Below are positions 7,924-16,672 of a DNA stretch of 64,000 nt, in pieces (within the stretch, counting starts at the first letter, position 1; each line of letters opens with the position of its first letter). The position numbers and the translations under genes were made by a program. The notes under the pieces are model-generated. The model worked only from the letters and a program-made list of their open reading frames with translations, was not told the origin of the DNA and did no database searches. The DNA lies in the NCBI GenBank assembly GCA_937893835.1, contig CALCSS010000050.1, forward strand, positions 5,456 to 69,455, in the 5' to 3' direction. Source of the DNA: an uncultured Fidelibacterota bacterium (GTDB taxonomy: Bacteria > Fidelibacterota > Marinisomatia > Marinisomatales > UBA1611).

Positions 7924-9022
7924 ATACATTGAACTTAAAAAATATACAGTCTCCATCTTTTACGATATAATCACTTCCCTCCTGCTTGATCAACCCAAGT
8001 TCTTTCAGTGTCTTTTCTGATCCATTTTCTATGATTTGAGAATAATGGAAAATATCAGCCTTTATGAATCCCCTTTGAAAATCAGAATGAATATTGCCCG
8101 CAGCCTGAGGTGCAGTAGTACCCTTTGCAATGGTCCAGGATCTAACTTCTTTTTCACCACATGTGAAAAAGTTTTGTAAATCTAAAAGCTCAAAGCTTGA
8201 ACGAATCACCTTGTTCAAACCCGGCTCAATCAATCCATACTCTTCCAAGAATAGTGGTTTTTCCTCTTCATCCAAAGAAGCTATTTCTTGTTCGAGAGCA
8301 CCACATAGTCGTATGACCATATTGTTTTGGTTGGATGCAAATTGCTTTAGAGCATTAACATGTTCACTGTTTGATTCTTTTGTAATCTCTTTTTCATCTA
8401 CATTGGCAATATATAGAACTGGTTTTTCAGTTAGCAACTGAAGAGATTCTTTGAATTGTCTATCCTCTTTATCAACTATTATTCTTCTTGAGAATACACC
8501 ATTTGAGCATTGTTCCAATAAATATTCTATAATACCCAATGTTCTTTTAGAATCTTTATCACCAGACCTAGCCAACTTTTCAATCTTATGTTTTCTTTTT
8601 TCAAGAGTTGAAATATCTGCTAATAATAATTCTGTTTCTATTGTCTCCGCATCTCTTACGGGGTCTACACTCCCATCAACGTGCGTGATGTTTTTATCTT
8701 CAAAGCATCGAACAATATGCAGTATTGCAGATGTCTGACGGATTTGACCTAAAAATTGATTTCCAAGCCCCTCTCCTTTACTTGCACCTCTTACTAATCC
8801 AGCTATATCTATAAACTCTACTGTCGCAGGAGTTATTTTTTTAGGATTATATATTTTACCTAGATCATTTAATCGACTATCTGGTAATGTGACAATACCA
8901 ATATGTGGTTCAATGGTGCAAAAAGGATAGTTCTCAGCGGGAATTCCAGATTCTGTAAGGGCATTAAATAAAGTGGATTTGCCTACATTTGGCAGTCCTA
9001 CGATTCCACACTGAAGAGCCAT
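7922..9022 (-). CDS. ychF: Ribosome-binding ATPase YchF
   Basis: 366 aa. It has the motif GIVGLPNVGKSTLFNALT, a DIAGLV G3 motif and a C-terminal TGS-like end (IVKDGDCIFFKFNV). Confidence 0.93.
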   Translation of the reverse strand: MALQCGIVGLPNVGKSTLFNALTESGIPAENYPFCTIEPHIGIVTLPDSRLNDLGKIYNPKKITPATVEFIDIAGLVRGASKGEGLGNQFLGQIRQTSAILHIVRCFEDKNITHVDGSVDPVRDAETIETELLLADISTLEKRKHKIEKLARSGDKDSKRTLGIIEYLLEQCSNGVFSRRIIVDKEDRQFKESLQLLTEKPVLYIANVDEKEITKESNSEHVNALKQFASNQNNMVIRLCGALEQEIASLDEEEKPLFLEEYGLIEPGLNKVIRSSFELLDLQNFFTCGEKEVRSWTIAKGTTAPQAAGNIHSDFQRGFIKADIFHYSQIIENGSEKTLKELGLIKQEGSDYIVKDGDCIFFKFNV

Positions 9023-9039
9023 ATCTTTTAAATACTAAA

Positions 9040-9591
9040 TTAAAATGAATCCAGTGAGGGGTCACCACCGAAGTCATAGGTCAGATTGTTAAATAACCCG
9101 ACCTGTAGATTTTTTGCAAAATATATAGTTCTACCCTCATTTGTGCTTACGATTCCATCTGCCCAAACCATTAATTGCCCATTCCTATCCAAAAGTCTTT
9201 TTATATCTATGTTATATACAATTTTTGTATGATAGGGTCTTATTTGTCCTTTGAATTTTACATCACCGACGCCCAATGCTCTACCGCGTCCTTTCCCTCC
9301 GATCCATGTCATAAAGAACCCCACAAGTTGCCACAGTCCATCAAGACCTAGGCATCCAGGCATTACAGGGTCATTTTTAAAGTGACAGTGAAAGAACCAA
9401 AGACTTTCATCGATATCTAATTCAGCTTTGATTCTACCCTTGTCGTATTTTCCACCATCTTGATAGATCTCAATGATGCGGTCAACCATTAACATTGGTG
9501 ATAGTGGTAATTTCCCGGTATTGGGTCCCATAAGATTCCCTTCTCCGCTTTTTAATAGATCATTTTTTTCGTAACTGTTTTTCTGTGACAT
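9040..9591 (-). CDS. fabA: 3-hydroxydecanoyl-ACP dehydratase / trans-2-decenoyl-ACP isomerase
   Basis: 183 aa, collinear with E. coli FabA over its whole length by eye. It includes the active-site block [30 protein letters not shown] (E. coli [30 protein letters not shown]), [14 protein letters not shown] and VGLF. Confidence 0.9.
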   Translation of the reverse strand: [183 protein letters not shown]

Positions 9592-9710
9592 TATATTTGA
9601 AATTTTATAGGCGGAGAGTACAACAGTTTACCTGATATTAAAATGACATTTGATAAGCAATATTCAATAATATTCTGGTAAATTTCTAACAAAATAAAGT
9701 GGAGAGAAGA

Positions 9711-10493
9711 ATGTCCAAATGGGTACTATTGCTGGGCGGGTCAACCGGCCATGGAGCTGCAACAGCCAAACGATTATCGCGTGATGGTTATGGAATAATT
9801 GCGTTTCATTTTGATAGAGGAGAAGCAAAAAAAATTGCAGAAGAAACAATTTCCGAGGTCAATGAAATAACAAAGGGACACTGTCATTATTTTAATACAA
9901 ATGCTGCCTCAGAGGAGTCAATGGATAAATATATACCCAAGATAAAAGAGATAACCAAAGGTGCACCATTAAAGTTATTATTGCATTCAATTGCCTTTGG
10001 GACGACAACTAATTTTTTTGGTAAAAAACCTGTTACTCAACGTCAAATGGATATGACAGTACATGTTATGGGCAATTCTCTATTATACTGGACACAAAAA
10101 CTTTATGGTGAAAAATTACTTGCCTCTGGGTCTAGGGTGTTAGGGCTGACCAGTGAGGGTAATTATTTAGCAATGGAGGGATATGGCCCAGTAAGCGTAG
10201 CCAAGGTGGCAATGGAGGCAATTATACGACAAATTGGTTGGGAACTTGGAGAATTTGGAATCACTGCTAATGCAGTACAGGCAGGTATAACACCAACGCG
10301 GGCCCTTACAAAAATCACAGAAAACTGGGAAGATTGGGTTGAAAGCACTAAAAAGAGAAACCCAATGCGAAGAACAACAACACCAGAAGATGTTGCTAGT
10401 ACGATTTCTATGCTATTAAAAGCTGAGGCAGACTTTATTAATTGTTCAATTATATACTGCGATGGTGGAGAGTCTAGGTCAGGGGCATTTTAA
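9711..10493 (+). CDS. SDR-family reductase, enoyl-ACP-reductase-like (FabL/FabI-type Y-x6-K)
   Basis: The ORF track starts at GTG 9699. ATG 9711 preceded by ggagagaaga is the more likely start. It has the motif LLLGGSTGHGAATAKRL, and YGPVSVAK gives Tyr-x6-Lys spacing (enoyl reductase type) rather than Y-x3-K. It is collinear by eye with B. subtilis FabL and divergent from fabA. Confidence 0.6.
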   Translation: MSKWVLLLGGSTGHGAATAKRLSRDGYGIIAFHFDRGEAKKIAEETISEVNEITKGHCHYFNTNAASEESMDKYIPKIKEITKGAPLKLLLHSIAFGTTTNFFGKKPVTQRQMDMTVHVMGNSLLYWTQKLYGEKLLASGSRVLGLTSEGNYLAMEGYGPVSVAKVAMEAIIRQIGWELGEFGITANAVQAGITPTRALTKITENWEDWVESTKKRNPMRRTTTPEDVASTISMLLKAEADFINCSIIYCDGGESRSGAF

Positions 10494-10506
10494 TCCCCTA
10501 AAAGAC

Positions 10507-10896
10507 TTAGGAAGTAGAATCTTGAGTTAGTTTTTCTTCGATCAGGGCTATGAGTTCATGACAATCTTTATTTGGCGAAATATCAAAACTGCGCTTTGCC
10601 TCACTTAATGCATATTCCCACCAACCTTTTTTTGTATATGCAATTGCCAATTTTAGATGTGCTGTACCCAGGATTTGAAACTCATCCCTTTTTAATGTGC
10701 TTTGCTCGCCCCCATAAAGTCTAGACACTTCACGATATTCCATAATTGCCTCATCTAATAGGCCTCTTTGCAGATACCAGTTCCCAAGGTTTAAATGCCT
10801 AGATGGATCTTCCTTGGTGCAGGAGGTCATCATTAGCGATAGGCAAATAATTACTAAAAAACATTTATATTTATGAGGAGAAATAAAATCAATCAT
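10507..10896 (-). CDS. TPR-repeat lipoprotein (hypothetical)
   Basis: 129 aa. It has a signal peptide with lipobox-like LMMTSC and TPR-like helices (NLGNWYLQRGLLDEAIMEYREV, AIAYTKKGWWEYALSEAKRSF). Confidence 0.55.
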   Translation of the reverse strand: MIDFISPHKYKCFLVIICLSLMMTSCTKEDPSRHLNLGNWYLQRGLLDEAIMEYREVSRLYGGEQSTLKRDEFQILGTAHLKLAIAYTKKGWWEYALSEAKRSFDISPNKDCHELIALIEEKLTQDSTS

Positions 10897-10951
10897 AATC
10901 GAAGCCTAATTTTTGGCCCGAGGTAAGGTAAAATCAAGAAGAAAATATAAC

Positions 10952-12202
10952 TTATATCATTTTTTCATTTTTTGGGTCTTCAACTATAAAAAACATTATC
11001 AGAACACCTATCAACAAACTGACGACCAGGATATTCAAAGATAGTTCATAATTGCCACGCTTGACCAACCACCCAATCAAAACCATATAAAATAAAACAA
11101 AAGGTGCCAATATTGAATCAATTAGCGCCATATATGTCTTAGTATCTCGTTTTGATGAAAAATCATAAATAAGATTCATTGCTGAAGGCATAAAGGCTCC
11201 TTGTCCTATGCCAATCGCTATGAATATCATATACACTCCATACATACCCCATGCAAACTTTGCAATTAACGCAGCAATTAAATGACCAACATATGCCAGT
11301 AGCATACTGTTTATATGACCATATCTGTCTCCAATTTTTCCAGCAAAATAACTAGAAATTGCAGCGCAAGTGACAGTGAGCACTGTAAATACACCAGCCT
11401 CACTCAAGGCAAAATTAAATTTATCCTGGCAGTAAACTGCATATAACCCCATGCCGGGTAGACAGGCTGAATAAAAAATTCTAGAAAAAAGATATTTTTG
11501 AAAGTTTTGATGTTCCCTTACAATTTCTAAGGTATCTGAAATAAATTGACCGACAGATAGATGCTTTTCACTTTTTTTCTTTTCTTTGATTCTAAATGGA
11601 AAGAAAAGAATCGTTCCCATCATTAAAGAAAAGAACAAAATAAAGAATCCAATTCCAAAGTTTCTTGGAAATTCAATACTAGATGATAATAAATAACTAA
11701 GAGCGATTCCCCCAACAAGGCTACCTAGACTATTAAATGCAAAGCCTAAGCCAAAGAATCGACCCCTGTGTGATCTTAGTGTGCCTTGATTCAAAAAATC
11801 TGTCCATATCGGAACGATTATACCAATTGAAAAAGCATAAAGAATAAAATAGGTCAAATATGTTTTCCAGGCCTTGTCAACTATATTGGGTTCTATGATT
11901 GTGAAGGTAAACCCCATCATAAAGCTCACTGCTAAAATAATGCAATGCACCATGATCACTGATCTTTTTATATTTTTTAAATTTCTACCCAATGCTGCAC
12001 TAAATAGTGTTGGGATAGCTATTGCAATAGAGAAAACCCCAGCGGTTGATACTACTATGTATTCTGGAGCACTAAGTTCTCTTAGAAAAAGTGGCACCAC
12101 AGCATAGAGAGTATGAAATGCGACACCAAAACCCCAAAAAAATTCATGCGCCAGATTGTATCTGAGATTATGATTATGGTCTTTAATGGTAAAGTCATTC
12201 AC
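10952..12202 (-). CDS. MFS-type transporter
   Basis: 416 aa with ~12 hydrophobic segments and a central basic loop (RIKEKKKSEKH). The substrate is unknown. Confidence 0.65.
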   Translation of the reverse strand: MNDFTIKDHNHNLRYNLAHEFFWGFGVAFHTLYAVVPLFLRELSAPEYIVVSTAGVFSIAIAIPTLFSAALGRNLKNIKRSVIMVHCIILAVSFMMGFTFTIIEPNIVDKAWKTYLTYFILYAFSIGIIVPIWTDFLNQGTLRSHRGRFFGLGFAFNSLGSLVGGIALSYLLSSSIEFPRNFGIGFFILFFSLMMGTILFFPFRIKEKKKSEKHLSVGQFISDTLEIVREHQNFQKYLFSRIFYSACLPGMGLYAVYCQDKFNFALSEAGVFTVLTVTCAAISSYFAGKIGDRYGHINSMLLAYVGHLIAALIAKFAWGMYGVYMIFIAIGIGQGAFMPSAMNLIYDFSSKRDTKTYMALIDSILAPFVLFYMVLIGWLVKRGNYELSLNILVVSLLIGVLIMFFIVEDPKNEKMI

Positions 12203-13091
12203 TAGAACCTTCCTTTGTGAGAATGGCCATTGAAGCTAGAAGAATGACAGCGCCAATTAATTGAATTGAACCAAGTGTTTTCCCCTTCAATGACCAATCC
12301 AAGAAAACCGCTGATAAAGGCCAAGCCAACTCATATATTGTTGTGTGGGAGGCAGGTAATTTTTGCAGACCGTAATAATACACTGATAAGGCAACTGTAC
12401 CCGTAGAAAAAACAATGATTATAATGGTCTTATAATTTTCCACATCCAGGGTAATTAGCTCTACCAGATTTGATGAAAAAATGATTATAAATATCGATAT
12501 TATAGCTGTTATTAATAGTCTCAACCCCGCAACAGCCTCAAATGGAAGTTGTTTTAAGGCTTGTTTACCTAGCACAGTAGAACTACCCCAACAAAAAGAA
12601 GCCAACAATGCACATAAAGCGGCAATTAATGATTTGTCATTCCAATCTACAATGGATTGATTCCCAAATGTCACAAGATAGCCACCAGACATTGCGATAA
12701 AGGCCAGCACAATGAAGCGTTTTGAGAGTTTTTCCTTAAGAATGACCCCAGCAAGAGAAATAGCAAACAATGGTTGTAGTTTTTGAATTAGAACGACCAC
12801 TGAAAGATCGATGTAATTCACATAACTCAATGCTTTTGTGTAAAAATATGTCCCTAATACACCGCCACAGATTGAAATCCACAATATTGATATCCACCCT
12901 CTTTGTCCAAGCGCCTTAATTTTTGAAAAAGACCTAAATAGAAATGGTAAAAAAAACAATGCACCTATGAGGTGTTCAAGAGAAACAATAACAAAGGGTG
13001 ATATCAAGTATAGTTCTTGTCTTAAAAGGCCATCTAGGCTCCAGAGCAATGCTGCAAAAACAATTGCTAATGATGGTATGATTTTTTTCAA
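12195..13091 (-). CDS. EamA/DMT-family transporter
   Basis: 298 aa with ~10 TM segments arranged as two similar halves. The stop overlaps the MFS start by 8 nt. Confidence 0.65.
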   Translation of the reverse strand: MKKIIPSLAIVFAALLWSLDGLLRQELYLISPFVIVSLEHLIGALFFLPFLFRSFSKIKALGQRGWISILWISICGGVLGTYFYTKALSYVNYIDLSVVVLIQKLQPLFAISLAGVILKEKLSKRFIVLAFIAMSGGYLVTFGNQSIVDWNDKSLIAALCALLASFCWGSSTVLGKQALKQLPFEAVAGLRLLITAIISIFIIIFSSNLVELITLDVENYKTIIIIVFSTGTVALSVYYYGLQKLPASHTTIYELAWPLSAVFLDWSLKGKTLGSIQLIGAVILLASMAILTKEGSSE

Positions 13092-13136
13092 AATAATAAA
13101 GCGTCGTTTAAAATAGAATTAGTATCAATTATAATT

Positions 13137-13691
13137 TCAAGCTTGGCCTGAAATACCAAAAGTAGAACCTAGGTCTACACCTAGAGATTCAGCGGCATGT
13201 TTCCACATTTGTTTTGGCGGGACATTAAATACAAAGTCAGATGTAGTGGTTTGTATTAGCCAATCTCCATTTTCAATTTCTCTTTCTAGTTGTCCTGAAG
13301 ACCAACCAGAATGTCCGAGCATTAATTTGAAAGGAGTTTTTTTATTCTTTTTTAAATCCTCCAACACATCATTCCTACTGGTGATAGATATTGATTTCGA
13401 TATAGATATTGATTCAGGTGACATATAATCTGAATGATGTAGGATGATTCCCTTTTCAAGTAAAACGGGGCCACCAAAAAAAACATCATTAATGAATAGA
13501 TCAAAAGAATCATCCATTGTAAATAATTTATCAAAAACCTTATTTAGTTCGGGAGTATTAAATTGTTTGTTGATGATTATACCCATTGCACCATCATTAT
13601 TGTGTTCACATATATAAACCACCGATCTCGAGAAAAAAGGGTCATTCATGTGTGGCATTGATATAAGGATTTGGTTTTTCAGTGAGCCCAT
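13137..13691 (-). CDS. yqgE: YqgE/AlgH-family protein (UPF0301)
   Basis: ILISMPHMNDPFFSRSVVYICEHNNDGAMGIIINK is the family N-terminal signature. The ORF track starts at GTG 13709; ATG 13691 fits family N-termini better. Confidence 0.8.
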   Translation of the reverse strand: MGSLKNQILISMPHMNDPFFSRSVVYICEHNNDGAMGIIINKQFNTPELNKVFDKLFTMDDSFDLFINDVFFGGPVLLEKGIILHHSDYMSPESISISKSISITSRNDVLEDLKKNKKTPFKLMLGHSGWSSGQLEREIENGDWLIQTTTSDFVFNVPPKQMWKHAAESLGVDLGSTFGISGQA

Positions 13692-13836
13692 ACTCCAAAA
13701 TAAGACCACTGTTCTATTGTGTCAAGTTTTGTAATTGATGATTTTAAACCCCAAATCGTTTTAGGGTGGCATTTATATAGAATGTAAATTCTATGATGCC
13801 TATTATTTTCAATAATTCAGCAAAATTCAATTATAA

Positions 13837-16668
13837 ATGAAGTCTAAAAATAAAATTATTATAAAAGGTGCTCGGCAACATAATCTAAAAAATATCAGCA
13901 TCGATATTCCCAGAGATAAATTGGTTGTTATTACAGGTTTGTCAGGTTCTGGAAAATCTTCATTGGCATTTGATACCATCTATGCCGAAGGTCAACGCAG
14001 ATATGTAGAATCACTGTCCTCATATGCCAGACAATTTTTAGGTCTTATGGAAAAACCCGATATGGACTCGATAGAGGGCTTATCTCCAGCAATTTCAATA
14101 GAACAAAAGGCCACTGCGCGAAATCCAAGGTCAACCGTTGGGACCGTAACGGAAATACATGATTATTTCAGGCTTTTATATGCCCATATCGGAAAGCCGC
14201 ACTGTTGGGAATGTGGAGAATTGGTCGAGAAACAAACAGTGCAGCAAATTGTAGATACCATCTTAAAGTTTAAATCTGGTTCAAAGATACATATTCTTGC
14301 TCCCGTGGTCCGTGGTCGAAAGGGTCAACACAAAAATATTATAGAACGAATTCGTAAAGATGGGTTTTTAAGAATGCGAATTAATGGAAAGATTTTCCCC
14401 ATTGATCAAAAACAAGATTTAAATAAAAATAAAAAACATTCAATTGAGGTTGTTATTGATAGATTGATATTGAACAATAAAATCAAAGAACGGTTAACAG
14501 AATCAATAGAACTTGCTCTTAAGGTTGGGTCGGGCTTGGTCATCATCAATGAACTGCCAAATAAAGAGCATGTATTTTCTGAGGAATTTGCGTGTCCCGA
14601 TTGTGAGGTTTCCATTGAAGAAATAGTACCTAGGATGTTCTCATTCAATTCCCCATATGGTGCATGTGAGGTATGCGATGGGTTAGGAGCACATATGGAA
14701 GTAGATCCCAATATGGTAGTTCCTGATAAATCAAAGAGTTTGATTCAAGGGGCTCTTGCTCCTTTGGGTGAACAACCACGAGGGAACTGGTATGGAAGCA
14801 TTCTGAAAAGTCTTGCCCAGCACTATGACTTTAATTTTACAACACCATGGATCAAATTAGAATCTACCATCCGCCACATGTTATTATATGGAACAGGTGA
14901 TAAAAAATTTAAAATGGAATATTCTTCTAGTCGATGGACAGGAACATATTCTGGTGGCTGGGAAGGGGCTGTCAATAATCTTATGCGGCGCTATACACAA
15001 ACAAAATCCCCCGGGATACGTGAATGGATAGAGCAGTTTATGAGTATGCGACCATGTTCAAACTGCAAAGGATCAAGGCTAAAAGTTCAAACACTTGCAA
15101 TTACGATTAACCAAATGAATATTGGTGAAATTTCATCAATGTCTGTAATTGAACTCAGTCATTTTTTTAATACACTCAAATTATCTAAAATAGAAAATGA
15201 AATCGCCGATCAAATCTTAAAAGAAATTTCACAAAGGTTAAGTTTTTTAAACAATGTTGGACTTGGTTATCTTACTCTGGATAGATCTGCTGTAACTCTT
15301 TCAGGTGGAGAAGCCCAAAGAATCAGATTGGCCACACAAATTGGGTCTCAACTTATGGGGGTTCTATATGTTTTAGATGAGCCATCCATTGGCCTTCACC
15401 CTAGAGACAACAATCGTTTACTTAATACCCTGAAGTCACTTCGCGATATTGGGAATTCAATTTTAGTTGTTGAACATGACCAAGAAACTATAGAATCCGC
15501 TGATTATGTTATAGATATAGGCCCTGGCGCAGGTAAGAATGGAGGAGAAATAACCTTCGCCGGAACACCAGATGAAATTCTAAAATCTAATAAATCAATC
15601 ACCGGGAGATATCTTGCTGGAAAGAAAGCAATAGATATACCATTGAAACGTAGAAACGGTCAAAATAAAAAAATAATTCTCAAAGGGGCCTCTGGTAATA
15701 ATCTAAAAAATATTGACATAGAGATTCCCCTAGGTCGTTTCATTGCAATTACCGGAGTGTCGGGGAGTGGAAAAAGTACGCTAATCAACGAGACTCTATT
15801 TCCAATTTTATCCAAAGAATTGAATCGTTCTCGTTCATATCCATTAGATTATGATTCCATAGATGGTTTAGGATACGTTGATAAGGTTGTTGAGATTGAT
15901 CAAAAACCAATTGGTCGCACCCCGAGGTCCAATCCTGCAACATATACTGGAGTTTTTACACATATTCGTGATTTGTTTGCAAAATTAGAAGAATCAAAAA
16001 TTAGAGGTTATAAACCCGGGAGATTTTCATTCAATGTAAAAGGAGGAAGATGTGAATCCTGCCAAGGTGATGGAATAATAAAAATTGAAATGAACTTTCT
16101 TCCAGACGTATATGTAACATGTGAGGTTTGTGAGGGGAAAAGGTACAATAGAGAGACCCTTGAGGTTAAGTATAAGGGCAAATCGATATCAGAGATATTA
16201 GATATGCCAGTAATAGAGTCTTTAGAATTTTTTAGTTCAATTCCTAGTATAAAAAAGAAACTGCAAACCCTAAACGATGTCGGCCTTGGCTATATTCACC
16301 TTGGTCAACAAGCGACAACCTTATCAGGAGGGGAGGCACAAAGGGTCAAGCTTTCAACTGAACTTTCAAAGACATCTACATCTAAGACTCTTTATATTTT
16401 AGATGAACCAACAACAGGATTGCATTTTGAAGATATACGGATGTTATTAAAAATGTTACAACACCTAGTAGATCGAAAGAATACAGTAATAGTGATTGAA
16501 CACAATCTAGATGTGATCAAAACCGTAGATTGGGTAATTGATCTAGGGCCTGAGGGGGGAGACGGTGGTGGAGAGATTGTTACAGTTGGGACACCAGAAC
16601 ATATTGCATCATCAACAAAGTCTTTTACGGGTTCTTTTTTAAAGCAGATTTTGAAAAAAAAGGAATAA
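13837..16668 (+). CDS. uvrA: Excinuclease ABC subunit A
   Basis: 943 aa. It has two ABC modules ([14 protein letters not shown] and [14 protein letters not shown]; LSGGEAQR twice) and zinc-finger cysteines ([27 protein letters not shown]). Confidence 0.97.
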   Translation: MKSKNKIIIKGARQHNLKNISIDIPRDKLVVITGLSGSGKSSLAFDTIYAEGQRRYVESLSSYARQFLGLMEKPDMDSIEGLSPAISIEQKATARNPRSTVGTVTEIHDYFRLLYAHIGKPHCWECGELVEKQTVQQIVDTILKFKSGSKIHILAPVVRGRKGQHKNIIERIRKDGFLRMRINGKIFPIDQKQDLNKNKKHSIEVVIDRLILNNKIKERLTESIELALKVGSGLVIINELPNKEHVFSEEFACPDCEVSIEEIVPRMFSFNSPYGACEVCDGLGAHMEVDPNMVVPDKSKSLIQGALAPLGEQPRGNWYGSILKSLAQHYDFNFTTPWIKLESTIRHMLLYGTGDKKFKMEYSSSRWTGTYSGGWEGAVNNLMRRYTQTKSPGIREWIEQFMSMRPCSNCKGSRLKVQTLAITINQMNIGEISSMSVIELSHFFNTLKLSKIENEIADQILKEISQRLSFLNNVGLGYLTLDRSAVTLSGGEAQRIRLATQIGSQLMGVLYVLDEPSIGLHPRDNNRLLNTLKSLRDIGNSILVVEHDQETIESADYVIDIGPGAGKNGGEITFAGTPDEILKSNKSITGRYLAGKKAIDIPLKRRNGQNKKIILKGASGNNLKNIDIEIPLGRFIAITGVSGSGKSTLINETLFPILSKELNRSRSYPLDYDSIDGLGYVDKVVEIDQKPIGRTPRSNPATYTGVFTHIRDLFAKLEESKIRGYKPGRFSFNVKGGRCESCQGDGIIKIEMNFLPDVYVTCEVCEGKRYNRETLEVKYKGKSISEILDMPVIESLEFFSSIPSIKKKLQTLNDVGLGYIHLGQQATTLSGGEAQRVKLSTELSKTSTSKTLYILDEPTTGLHFEDIRMLLKMLQHLVDRKNTVIVIEHNLDVIKTVDWVIDLGPEGGDGGGEIVTVGTPEHIASSTKSFTGSFLKQILKKKE

Positions 16669-16672
16669 TTCC

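Noticed and set aside
13711-13727. CTGTTCTATTGTGTCA upstream of uvrA, reminiscent of an SOS box (CTGT-N8-ACAG).
   Set aside because: The right half-site is GTCA rather than ACAG, so it is not palindromic. The LexA motif of this lineage is unknown. It also lies ~110 nt from the uvrA start, abutting the yqgE start.
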